Assembly (NCBI RefSeq): GCF_001194135.2
Contig: NC_068982.1
Location: 133,334,587 to 133,396,185 of the forward strand
Direction of reading: 5' to 3'
DNA length: 61,599 bases
From: Octopus bimaculoides
Taxonomy: Eukaryota
Under the pieces are notes generated by a model. That model was not told the origin of the DNA. It saw only the letters and a program-made list of their open reading frames with translations, and searched no databases. Positions 25,006 to 37,303 of the stretch are shown piece by piece. The translations under genes and the position numbers were made by a program. Position 1 is the first letter of the stretch. Each line of letters starts with the position of its first letter.

Positions 25006-26590
25006 TGAACCTGTAGATAGGCAACTTTTCTGAAATACTTATAAGAAAATCCAAGTGAACCAAGTAATTTCAGAAATTACTTCAAAAATTATCATCAACC
25101 AATTTAACCCTCACTGATTACATTTTTGCATGCTAATGTGCAGATACTTAATATCTGCCCAGCAAAAATAAAATGTGTATACTATGTCATATGGAAAGTA
25201 CCCCATGATCAAAATCAAGTTGACTCAGTCCCTGTATCTCAAGTGCACTTGCATGGAACCAAATAAGGATTAAACATCATTTTGTCTGTATACTAAGTTT
25301 GATTTGAAATGAAGAGTTTGATTCCAAACCATAGTAAAATAACTAAGTACATGCTTTTGAGATTATATTATGACTGTTTTCTTGTCCTTTTTTTTTTTGA
25401 GGGGGTGTGAGGAAGAAATCTTTCATAAAAATTCATTTCAAAAATGCTTTTTACTACTATAAAAGTTAAAAATAAAAAAAAGATAATTCAGTACAGGTTT
25501 AGTTACCTAGTGCATTCATAAGAGTATAAATATAACTTGGAATATAAGATAATCTGTGTAGTATTCCTGTAGGAAGAAAAACAAATCTATCCATGGATAG
25601 TTTACATTACATATCTAACAGCACTATACCAATGACCAACATTTCTCTATCTAGTCAATCTTTAAAATTAATCAAATCTAATACATCTTTTTTTGCTTTA
25701 TGGCTTAGGCAGGGAAGTGACAGTACCTATGTCACTTTTCAGAGCTTCTGATAATCAGTGGAAGGGATTTATCTTTAGCCAGAGATCTGGCCCAAATGCA
25801 TGTAACAAGACTGCTAAAGACAATTAGTACTGTTAATAAGGCATTGGATTAAGTCTACCACTCAAGGTCAAGTACAGCCTCTCTGGTGGGTTTCTCTAGT
25901 TTCCACCACAAAGCTGTGGCTGAGCTGCTGCTGTGATACAAAACATTTACTCAAGTTGCAGCACAGTGGAGCTTAACTCAAAACGATGTAGTTACAAAGC
26001 AAAATCCTTAACCACATTGCCATGCCTGCACGCAGAATCACTCAAACTGCTAGAAATAGCTTTATTCTTGTTTTAACTTTTAACCTAAGCTAACAGAAGT
26101 AAATTTCAACTTGTTTGTATGTCTGTGTTGTGCATACACACACAATGACATAAACAACTGTCTGATAATCAGTTACATGAAACTGAGTAACAGTTTGTAA
26201 AGTCGCTTCAGCTTCAATAAATAACTATTATATTTTACCTTTGGTGTTGGAGTGTTATTTTCTGCACCTTGTTTTACAAACATACACAAGCGTATGTATG
26301 TATAAAACATCTCAATACATAATCAGTAAACATTACAGAAGTATTTAAATGAAAAACAATTCTACTCTCATATTCCCAAAATAACAATCTACCTGACTTT
26401 AAGATACAAAAGTGCAGCAACCCTTAGCTTTTCTTATGACAGAAAAAGTTTCTGCAGAATTTTAAAACAGAAATGATATCAATTTCAGCTCATTGCAGGC
26501 ACCAATTTGTGGCAAAACAAAGAGAGAAAAGTTGTAGAGACACACCGTTTTGCATTATAGATCAAATGTGATAGGTTTCTCTTTCTCACA

Positions 26591-27852
26591 TACGAGAGGG
26601 TGCTGGAAAGTTCCTGGCATTGGGTAAAAGAAGATATAGGAGGATCAGTCAATTATGATTTTATTCAACATATTCCCCTCTCAGATTCACACACTCATTG
26701 CAGCAGTCCTTCAATTTCTATAAGTCTTGTAAGAAAAACTCGGAAGAATAGGCCTCCAACCAGTCCTCTGCAGTAGCAATCACTTCTGAATCAGAGTGCA
26801 ATTTCATTCCCTTGAGATGTTTCTTCAGTAGTGGAAAGAGGTGATAGTTAGAGGGGGCCAAGTCAGGATAGTAAGGCGGGTGGTCTACCAATTCAAAGCC
26901 AAAGTCACGTATTTTCCATAGAGTTTCATGTGCTGTGTGTGCTGGTGCATTATCCTGCAAAAACAGGACACCACGGTTTAGCTTTCCAGAGTGTTTCTGC
27001 TGCAAAGTTTCATGTAGTTCATCCAACAGAGACATGTAGTATTCTGCGTTGATGGTGTGACCCTTTGGCAGGTATCTTATAAGGAGGACCCCATCTTTGT
27101 CCCAGAACACTGAGGCCAAAATCTTTCCAGCTGACTTCTGGGTTCAAAATTTCTTGGGACATTGTGAACCGCTGTGGTGCCAATTCATTGATTGCTGCTT
27201 GGTTTGGGGATCATAATGATGAAGCCAAGTTTCATCCATGGTGACTAAACGAGTCATAAAATCAGCCTCTCCTGCTGGAAACTGGTCCAAAATCTGATGC
27301 GCTTCTGATCTACATTCAGGTATTTTGGCACCCATTTTGTGAAAAGCTTTCTCAAGTCCAGAATGTTGTGGGTGATGTGGCCAACTCTTTCACGAGAAAT
27401 CCCCAGAGTCTCAGCTATGACTCTAGCTGAAACCCGGCAGTCCTCGAGAATCATGACACGCACAGCATCGGCTTTGTCCTCTGGCTGTCCTAACTGGGGT
27501 TCATCTGTGACCTCAAAATGACCAGCCTGAAACCTTGACACCCAGATTTTCACAGAGGAGTATGATTGGCATTTATCCTTCAAGACTTCCTTCATCTCGC
27601 CATGGATTTCCCCCACTCCTTTGCCTTGCAAAAAGAGGAACTTCACGACTGCCTGTACTTCAATTTTACCAAAATCTACTGTAGGAGCTGCTGTCCTGTA
27701 TTAAATCTGCAAAAAAGAGCAAAATATATTGTATACCACCATGATTTTTTGCATATTTTCTCCTAAATAGTTGTCCTATCTCCCCTGTAAAGGTAACAGC
27801 TCTACTCTTTCGTGATTCCCTTAAAGTCAGGAACTTTCAGCACTCCCTCATA
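26591..27852 (-). mobile_element. Full-length decayed mariner (DD34D, irritans-like) DNA transposon
   Basis: TA-flanked ~28-bp TIRs (tacgagagggtgctggaaagttcctggc / gtcaggaactttcagcactccctcata). Frameshifted transposase with WVPK, TMDETW, QDNAPAH and YYPDLAPSN. Spacing is 34 residues and the third D is mutated to N. Confidence 0.95.
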
Positions 27853-28644
27853 CAACTTTTTTTTTCAAGAAAACAACAACAAAACCTTGAACTATATTTT
27901 ATTGTGTTATTATTAACACTTTCCTTTAAAAGAAATCAACTGCATTACCAAAACAATGCTGTTTTGAAATCTTGTTTGAAGAACTAGAAGTATACATTAA
28001 TTTCTGTAAGAGAGGCAGGTTTCTCTTCTTTATTTCTAAAACAAGGTGTACAGTGAAATATAAATAATGCAATCCTAGCAATATTTCCATTAATATTGAA
28101 AATGATAGCACCACCATATTGAGGCTAAACATGGCAAAAGTTGGTAGAATAATAACAACAAATGTCTTGCAATCACAAGGTCCGTTTGGATCATTTATAT
28201 ATCTATCAGTACATATATGTGTATGTCTTTGTGCATATTTATGTTGATGTGTTTTAGAGAATGTATGTATGTTGCCATCTGTCAAGACAGGCAACAATAT
28301 TTCTAGCTAACAAACATGCCTTTTTCTTCATATTTTCTTTTTTGTTTGTTTTTTACATTCTTTCTTTCTTAGTAAACACAATTGTGTTGCCTTCGCAACA
28401 GAACTACATTATCAGATTCACAATGTAACTTCTACACAGTCTGACTAATAGACATATTCAGTACTTTGTTGTGTGTTGTTTTAACAAAATCAGAAAATAC
28501 AGGATGAATGCACCCAGACAAAGTAGAAGGCATATTAAAACCTAGCTCAGCTGGCATAACAGGGCAACTGCTTCTCTAGACAAATAGAAGCTTCCATATA
28601 TACATGTAAGAATATAAATTCTTCATATATATATATATATATAT

Positions 28645-28975
28645 NNNNNNNNNNNNNNNNNNNNNNNNNNNNNNNNNNNNNNNNNNNNNNNNNNNNNNNN
28701 NNNNNNNNNNNNNNNNNNNNNNNNNNNNNNNNNNNNNNNNNNNNNNNNNNNNNNNNNNNNNNNNNNNNNNNNNNNNNNNNNNNNNNNNNNNNNNNNNNNN
28801 NNNNNNNNNNNNNNNNNNNNNNNNNNNNNNNNNNNNNNNNNNNNNNNNNNNNNNNNNNNNNNNNNNNNNNNNNNNNNNNNNNNNNNNNNNNNNNNNNNNN
28901 NNNNNNNNNNNNNNNNNNNNNNNNNNNNNNNNNNNNNNNNNNNNNNNNNNNNNNNNNNNNNNNNNNNNNNNNNNN
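28645..28975. other. Assembly gap
   Basis: N run between (TA)n and (TAGA)n. Confidence 1.
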
Positions 28976-29017
<42 letters not shown>

Positions 29018-29040
29018 TAAACTGAGAGAGAGAGAGAGAG
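28976..29040. repeat. (TAGA)n then (GA)n microsatellites
   Basis: Direct reading. Confidence 0.95.
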
Positions 29041-29382
29041 ACCAAGAAAGAAAGATACCCTTTGGCCACAAATAACTATGGGATTGCACCTTGAAAGTTC
29101 CCTTCCAAGGCACAAGTCCAGGCAAAGTTGTTTATGGAAGACCAACAGTTGCCATGCATACCAAGCTCCCCTCTCCGTGCCACTGATGTTGTCCAAAGGA
29201 AAGGCAAAGGCCAATACAGCTTGGCACCAGTGACATTGCAACTCATTTCTACAGTTGAGTGAATTGGAGGAACATGAAATAAAGTGTCCTGCTAAAGAAC
29301 ATAACACACAGCCTGGTCCAGGAATTGAACTCACAACCTCATGATTGTAAGCCCGAAGAGCTAACCACTGAGCCATGCACTT
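29040..29382 (-). mobile_element. tRNA-derived SINE, distinct family
   Basis: Head gtgcatggctcagtggttag...gagttcaattcctgg with A/B-box-like motifs. Confidence 0.7.
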
Positions 29383-29902
29383 TCACAAACACACACATAC
29401 ATGCACTCGCACACACGCACACATACATACACACAAAGGGAGAGAGAATGTTGAAATGTACTTTCTTTTTCCATTATTTTTTTAAAGATGTTTGCTTTTA
29501 GAGAGATTATGTGTATACACGAGTGACTGGTAGGATGTGTGTGTTGAGTTGGTAAAAAATATCAATTTAAGACAACATACTCCAACCAGTGTATCACTTC
29601 ATCTGTTGTTGGAGTATCACAGTTGGAATGCTCATATGCATTTCATATATTTAATTATCATGTATGAATCCCAGTCAAGGTTTTCAAGTGTGTCAAAATT
29701 AAAGTCATGACTAATGAGTTCATTAATAAGAAACTGAATCCTGCATGTATATATGTAAGCAGGCAAGTAGGATATATCTATGTCCATGTGTACATCATGC
29801 ATATAATTATTGTAATACATCCAGCAGGGATTTCTTGCATTTCAGAAATTAATGAGTCACAACTAATGATTTTATTAACAAGGAAAAGAACTGAATACAA
29901 AA

Positions 29903-29934
<32 letters not shown>

Positions 29935-30112
29935 TAATATCAGGCTAATTTCCAAAGATATTTCATAACCTATCTTCCCAATTTCATGGCCATAAACTTC
30001 AAAAAAGAAAAAAAGAAAAAAAATCAAATGAAAGAAGAGTTAAGAAACTTGTAAAACATCATCAAAATTAAGCAAGTGTTAATTATGTTAATTAGACTAA
30101 TGTAAAGGGGTA

Positions 30113-30154
<42 letters not shown>

Positions 30155-30276
30155 TAAATGCAACAAACATGGAATGCTAAATTCAAATGTATATCATGAA
30201 ACAAAAATAAGATTAATAAAAAAATGTTACTACACATCAAACTGTAGTACAATTTCATATATGCATATATATATAT

Positions 30277-30484
30277 GCCGTTTTCGTGCGGGTGACACGT
30301 AAAAGCACCCACTACACTCTCTGAGTGGTTGGCGTTAGGAAGGGCATCCAGCTGTAGAAACTCTGCCAAATTAGATTGGAGCCTGGTGTTGCCATCCGGT
30401 TTCACCAGTCCTCAGTCAAATCGTCCAACCCATGCTAGCATGGAAAGCGGACATGAAACGATGATGATGATGATGATGATGATA
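30277..30484 (+). mobile_element. Young RTE 3'-UTR-derived repeat copy with (GAT)n tail
   Basis: Near-identical to the reverse complement of 61368-61575. Confidence 0.9.
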
Positions 30485-30579
30485 TATCATCATCATCATC
30501 ATCATCATCGTTTAACGTCCGCCTTATATTCTTTTATATGTTTCAGCCCTTAGGTTGTGGCCATGCTTGAGCACTGCCA

Positions 30580-31490
30580 GTGTAATCACCTTTTCAATAG
30601 CCAATCTTATGTGATTGGCTTTTGGTGAAGGATAGCATTTGATACAGCTGCCCTCTTTCGAGTTTCCTGCCATGATATAAGTTCATCTGGGCCTTGGATA
30701 ACAGGAGTTGTTTCTTGAAAACATCTACTCCTACTTCATGAAGATCCCTCAGGTGTTTTGCCAAGGCATTAAATAGCTATGAGCCCTTGAAAATCAAGCT
30801 ATTACAATACATAGTCCTCACTCTAGATGGGATAGCTGGGAGCCTTGGAACAGTGCAGTGACATCTGTTTGGGGGATGGTATAGCTCTTGACACCAAAGT
30901 TTGATACCAGCCCCTCTAGGATCTTCCATACATAAATTACTGCATACCTCTCCCATCTTCACTTCAGGGAGTAAAGTCATAGCTCTCTCAGTAGCTCAGC
31001 TGTTCCATTGATGTCATCTTCCTGATATAGCGCTGTTGAACTGCCTCAAGTTCCACTATCAATTTGACACTGTAGGGTGATCACGGTTGAGAGCAGTAGT
31101 CCACTCCATAGAACCAGCATAGTTTCTTGGTCACTTGTTCTGAAGGTTCTCAGAATCAATCCAGCCAGTCACCAGCACATTGACACCATCTTGGTGATAT
31201 GTACCTGAAACAAGGCGTCATTGCTCATATCAATCCCCAGATCACACACTGTGACACTGGAATTGCTGCTCCTTTTGGTCCAAAATATCATTGTTGTGAT
31301 TGGAGTGCCAATTAGCTGGTAGCAGAAGGATTTAAATTTACCTGCATTAAATTACACGTTTTCTTCGGCCCATTTATATATCTTTCTGTAGATTAGCATC
31401 AGAAGGTTCATTGACTGTTTGTACTACTTTTGTGTCATCAGCATAGCTAATAAGTGTGGCTGCCTGTGTAACTGATGGCATATCTGAATA
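30580..31490 (-). mobile_element. CR1/L2-like LINE RT 3' fragment, decayed
   Basis: ISYADDTKV motif followed by FNAGKF and LILRTF-like segments containing stops. Confidence 0.8.
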
Positions 31491-31614
31491 TATATACATG
31501 CAAATGCATATATATATATATATATGCATGCATATATCTATATACCTATATATGCACACACACACATATATGCATGAATATATTTATATGCCTATGTGTA
31601 TGTATATATATATG

Positions 31615-31792
31615 CTGCTACAGAAGTCTGGTTGTAGGTCCTTTCTTCTGAGTTCTTTTACAGAAAAACTGAAAGACTGCTGCTATAAATATATGAATCT
31701 GAGAGAGAAATATGCTGAATAAAATCATAATTAACTGATCTTCCTGTATTTTCTTTTACCCAAAGCCAGGAACTTTTCAGCACCTCCTTGTA
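31615..31792. mobile_element. Second, truncated MITE copy of the same mariner family (reverse orientation)
   Basis: cataattaactgatcttcctgtattttcttttacccaaagccaggaacttttcagcacctccttgta is the reverse complement of the MITE left end. Confidence 0.8.
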
Positions 31793-32830
31793 AATATGTG
31801 AACATGCATAATTGTTTGTTTTGTTGTTTTAGTTTTTTTTTTTCTTTTAAGATATAAATGAACTTTGCTAAGCAATGTGAAGTAAACTCAACCATTGCCA
31901 AAAATAAGCATCAATGAATTATAATTAATAACAGTAAATAATAATGTAATTCATAAAGCAGATTAAATTTGTATAAATAAAATATATAAACAGAAATATA
32001 AATACATACACAATTAGGAAAATCTCCATATTACACATGATTAGTGCACGCATTTTTCGGGTATGTACTTGCAAAATAATTCTATTATGAAAGGCTAATG
32101 ATCTAAAAGACGTTTTAGCCATCATGAACTCGTTCAGCTTAGTTAATATCATAAAATATATTTAAATTGAAGTTATAACTGTTGTCATTTTCATTGATGC
32201 ATAAATATCTTATCTAGGATCAGCTATAACATGAGTTACCCAAAATATAGTCCCTCATATTTTCAATTAAAAAATTTGTAAAATTATATGCAATTATTTT
32301 TTAAGACTTAATACTTAAAGCAATAATGAAAAAAAAAAATTTAATTGCATTAATATTTATTTGAAACCAAAAACTGTTTGTAAGTTTCTTACTGCTTTAA
32401 CGTGACAGCAATAGTTTTAGATTTTTTACTTGCCACATGTGAAAAGTATTAAATTTATAAAGTAATTTATGGAAAAAATTCAAGCCAAAAAAAAAACAAA
32501 AAAAAAACACAAAATCCTAAATAGACACTCAAGTATGAAAGTCAGGTTTCACATAAAAAAAATAACAGGTAAATGTGGATGAAAATTCAGGTGAGTAAAT
32601 ACCTTAAGATAAATCATAAGCCCAATTTTTTATCAAAGAAATAGAAACTTTTAAAAAATTCCAAATTTTTTTAAGATATTAAATTAGAAAAGCTGAAATA
32701 CCCAGAAATGTAGATATCTTTCTTTTTTTTTAATTACATTTTCCAGCAAATATCCAAATTTATTCCATATAGCTAATAAACAGTTAACTCTCAGATGTCA
32801 AATAAGCACAAGAAACAAAATTTATCTTAC

Positions 32831-32895
32831 CTGTTGATAAGGGTTATAAGCTTGTGGCTGAGGTGGTTGTTGCTGTTGTGGTGGTTGTTGTTGTG

Positions 32896-32930
<35 letters not shown>

Positions 32931-33150
32931 GGGTTTGCTGGATAATTAAAATTTTGAATTGGTTGATTGGTTTGATTAGTAGAACCAAAAGGACTAAGAG
33001 CTGAAGATGGTTGCTGTTGGGGAAATTGCTGTCCTGGCATCGTTGGTCCAGAAAACTGCTGCTGTGGTGGTATTTGTTGCTGCTGTTGTTGTTGTTGCTG
33101 CTGTGGTTGTGAAGGTTGCTGCTGTTGGGTTGACTGCTGTGCTTGATAAC
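32831..33150 (-). CDS. TFG: TFG coding exon 6 (320 nt, Q/P-rich low-complexity exon with two Q10 tracts, ends QAYNPYQQ)
   Basis: tattag|GT TAT CAA...CAA CAG|gtaaga. Open frame, phase 1 in and phase 0 out. Composition matches the TFG PQ-rich region. Confidence 0.92.
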
Positions 33151-33238
33151 CTAATAATAGAAGTATGAATCACAAGGATAGTATTAGAAATATTTTGTCA
33201 ACACTTGAACTTAAGAAAACCAACAAATGACAAAAAAA

Positions 33239-33444
33239 TTAACCTTTTTGTTACCATATTTCTTAAATTATACTGTTTTTGTCTCAATTAATTTTCAAAA
33301 TAATGAAAAACTTGGTAAAATAACCATCATTTGCAATATTAACAAAAATTTTTGACAGAAGATTTTAATTCAGATGACTTTAAACAGAATAGTTTTATCT
33401 TAGAACTAGGGTGATCTTAGGTGTATTGATATCAAAAGGGTTAA
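33239..33444. mobile_element. Different TTAA-flanked piggyBac-like MITE
   Basis: ttaacctttttg...caaaagggttaa terminal inverted ends with TTAA target. Confidence 0.6.
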
Positions 33445-35649
33445 TGAAGATTTTCATTATATAACCATTTGTGCCAAAACTTATTTGAAACAACAATAGC
33501 GAAAAACATTGTTAAATCTAAAAGACAGATAATATATTACCAAGAGGCAGCCACAGAAGAATTTCAACCAGTAGTATCAAGCAAATAGATTTAAGGATAA
33601 CAAAATTTAAAAGGAAGAAGAAAAGAAATGAATGAAAGACATCCAATAGTAAGATAGATGGTTCTGCAAAACTGAATATTTACATTTGAACTAATGATAC
33701 AAATATAGCAACTGAACAGCTTTGGTCATCTCTAAGCAGATTTTATAGAAGGAAAGATAGCCAATCAAACACTTCAAAGGTCAAAGCAGTCTTGAGGTCA
33801 TCCTAGCCAGAAATTTTGCATCTACTTAACAGTCAAATGTGTTTATGTATAAAAAAAGTTTGGTAGCTGCCACCAAAGAAAATGGAAAGTTGTATGACTA
33901 ATTCAGGGGTGTCAAATTTGTTTGGTTTTGCAAGCAGGACTGAAGTATAAACTATATCTTTCAGAGTTTTATTCCTAAAACCGTATTCATAATACAGGTC
34001 AAAGTAAATGGACAAAGGAATCATTATAGACCATAACAATAGTAACAATAAAGAACAGAAAGAATATGACACATTAGCAAAAGCTCTTAGAGTGGGAATG
34101 GGGATATAAATAGTACAAATAAATGCAGAGTTCTTCAAAAGACCAGTGTGGTAGAAAGCTGACTGTCTTAACTGCAAAAACGTTTAATATTGTTCATGTC
34201 ACTAGAAACTATTTGAATGAACAAAGTGAACATGACTGAAGGTGACATGTATAGACAAAGTGAAGGGGAAATATGTTGCATCAATTGGTATTTGGATTTG
34301 TAAACTTCTTTTCTATTGGTTGAAATAAAATAAAAATTTCCTTAAGATGCGGATTTGATTAATTGAAACTGGAGTTAATCACAACTAGTAATATTTTACA
34401 CAATAGTTTATAATTAAAACAGGCATAAAAGTTTTTTTCACAAAAATAAGTGATTAAAGAAAACTGAAGAATTTTTAGAAAGCTGATTTTAGTAATGCAT
34501 AATTAATACATAGGGCTGGTGATGCAATCTACTACTGTTGTGATAGAACATCTCTAGGTATCTTTGCTATAAGAGATTTACAAAAAGGTGGCAGCTAATC
34601 TAACAACCAGGAACAACTCACAGAGGTAAACCAAATTTCTGACCATAGTCATCTTGAATTTATGGACATACTGTTTTAAAATTAGAACTCAAAACAGGTG
34701 ATTTTTTTTTTTTTTTTAATGGTAATTACTGCAAGGAAATGTGGCAGCCACATCCATGTAATTACATAGAATAGTCTCCCAGTAATACAACAGAACAGCT
34801 AGAGTACATATGAACAGACAAACTATGATATTTTACTTCTACATAAGATTATCTGGAATTAATTTACAATTAGAGTTATTAATACCATTATCATGTGTCT
34901 CCTTTAACAAATTAAAAGAAACCAATCTCTTTTACTTGCTCTTTCTTCCTGACTTAAGTGAGATGCTGGTGAAGATGCTAAGGAAATAGACCAGTGAATT
35001 AAATGTCTAACAACAGTTCATTACCTCAATATTCTGAGTTAAAATTCTATCATGGTTATTAGGCTGACCTTTCTCAAGTCAATAAAATACACCATTATTC
35101 ATTTGATTACCTATTTCCTCTCCTGAAAAACTTCACCCTGTTCCTCACAAAAAAAAAAAAATCAATATACAACAAAGATGGTGCCTGAAGAGGATTTTTA
35201 TAATGATGTAAACACGTTAAAGAAGCAGTAAAACATAAACAGTCATTACCAGGGTTAACTTGTTGCAAGATTTCAAAAATTGCAAAAACAGTAGGTGTAA
35301 GCCAAGACTTTAGCAAAATTATCAAATGAAATGGAAAATTGTTAAGAATAGGTAGAAATTCATTAATAATAATAATTCTTTCTATTATAATAGTGATTCT
35401 CAACCATTTTTTCCTGTGGACCTCTTTGATTCCTATTTTACTAGGGTGGACTCCCATAGCCATTCAATGTTTTAAAAATCCTATTTTAGCTTTAAAATAT
35501 AATAGGAAATTAAATATTATTACGAACTGTATAAAAAATTAAAATATTTTATATATTGTAAATATATATAAGTAATAAATTGCAAGTAAATTTTAATAAA
35601 ATCTTACATGGACCCCAATTGAGAACTATTGTACAATAGGTACAAAGCT

Positions 35650-36063
35650 TGAAATTCGAAGGAAGAGTCTAGTCAATTACATAGAGCCCAATGCTCAACT
35701 GGTACTTATTTTAGCAAATCCCATAAGGTTGAAAAGCAAAGTTGACTTTGGTGGGATTTGAACTCAGAAATGCAAAGATCCAGAAGAAATACTGCCAAGC
35801 ATTTTGTATGACATGCTAATGATTCTACCAGCTCACCACCTTAATAATAATCCTTTCTACTAAAGGCACAAGGCCTGAAATTTGGGGGAGAGGAAAAGTC
35901 AATTACACTGACCCCAGTACTCAACTGGCACTTATTTAATCGAGCCTGAAAGGATGAAAGGCAAAGTTGACATCAGTGGAATTTGAACTCAGAACATGAA
36001 GACGGATGAAATACCACTAGGCATTTTGTCCAGTGTGCTAATAATTCTGCCAGCTTGCTGCCT
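35650..36063 (-). mobile_element. Two tandem Meta-like SINEs
   Basis: Two successive actggtactt...aaaggcaaagttgac...atttgaactcagaa units. Confidence 0.75.
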
Positions 36064-36074
36064 TAATAATAATA

Positions 36075-36835
36075 ATCACCATCATTACCATTTAACACCC
36101 GCTTTCCATGCTGGCATGTGTTAGACAGTTTGACTGGAACTGGTAAGCCAAAGAGCTGCACCAGGTTCCTGTTTGATTTGGCATGGTTTCTACAACTGAA
36201 CACCCTTCCTAACACCAACCATTTCAAGAGTGTAATGGGTGCTTCTTATATGCCACTGGCATGAGTGTCATTTACATGACACTGACAACAGCCATGACTA
36301 CAAGTTCACGGGTTCCATTTACACAACAGCCATGACTATGGATTCACTTGGCTTGACGAATCTTCTCAAGCACAGCATACTGCCAGGGTCTCAGTCACTT
36401 ATCACATCCATGAGGCCTAACATTCAAAGATCGGGCTTCACCACCTCATCCCTCGCCTTCATGAGGCCCAACATTCGAAGATTATGCTATCAGCAACGGC
36501 CATGATTATGCTTTCATGGGTGCCATTTACCTAACACCAGGAACAGCTACAATCTCACTTAGCTTGACAAGTCTTCTCAACCACAGCAAATCGCCAAAGA
36601 TCTCTGTCACTAGTCATTGCATCCACAAGGCCCAACATTCAATGGTCATGCTTCATCACCTCATCCCATATTTTTCTGGGTCTACCTCCTTCACAGAGAT
36701 TGGCACTTCTTTACCCAGCTATTCTCGTACATAGCAGCACACTTGTCTCTCTTGCACACCACATCTGATGCCTCTTATGTTCAGTTTTTCTTTCAAGACA
36801 TGCTGTTGCTCATGCACAATGACATTGCACATCCA
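36075..36835 (-). mobile_element. RTE LINE 3' end with a duplicated ORF C-terminus
   Basis: LNIRGIRCGVQER fragment, two copies of the terminal ORF segment, then the same 3' UTR tail. Confidence 0.8.
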
Positions 36836-37023
36836 GCAAATAATAATAATAATAATATCCAATCCAAACAACACAAAATCATAAGCAGCAGCAGCAGCAA
36901 GTATAGTCAATTCTGTCGATCCCAGTATTTGCTTGGTTACTTTTATCAACTCAGGAAACACAAAAGGAACACTCAGCCTTCATGTAATGAAACTAATGAA
37001 GATACCAGGGAGTTTTTTTTGGT

Positions 37024-37042
37024 NNNNNNNNNNNNNNNNNNN
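37024..37042. other. Assembly gap
   Basis: Short N run before poly-G. Confidence 1.
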
Positions 37043-37131
37043 GGGGGGGGGGGGGGGTGACTGAATGTTCTCTCTAAAGTATCTTAACATCAGAATAAAA
37101 ATACATGTAGAAGTTGGACAATGTGTGTATA

Positions 37132-37303
37132 GTAGAACAAGTAGAAAGATAAATTTTTCAATGTGCAAATACTGATAGAACAGCATATATAGGATAAAAT
37201 CCTTTTAGAGCAGAAAGGTTTGTCAGCAACCAGCCTTTTATCCTATATATGCTATTCTATCAGTATTTACGTGTTGAAAAATATATCATTCTACTTGTTC
37301 TAC
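37132..37303. repeat. Inverted repeat with 68-bp arms and 36-nt spacer
   Basis: Arms 37132-37199 and 37236-37303 show 7 mismatches and no indels by manual comparison. Confidence 0.9.

Noticed and set aside
29300-29382. tRNA-like sequences here and at other SINE heads
   Set aside because: Degenerate A/B boxes continue into SINE bodies, and no intact cloverleaf was seen.
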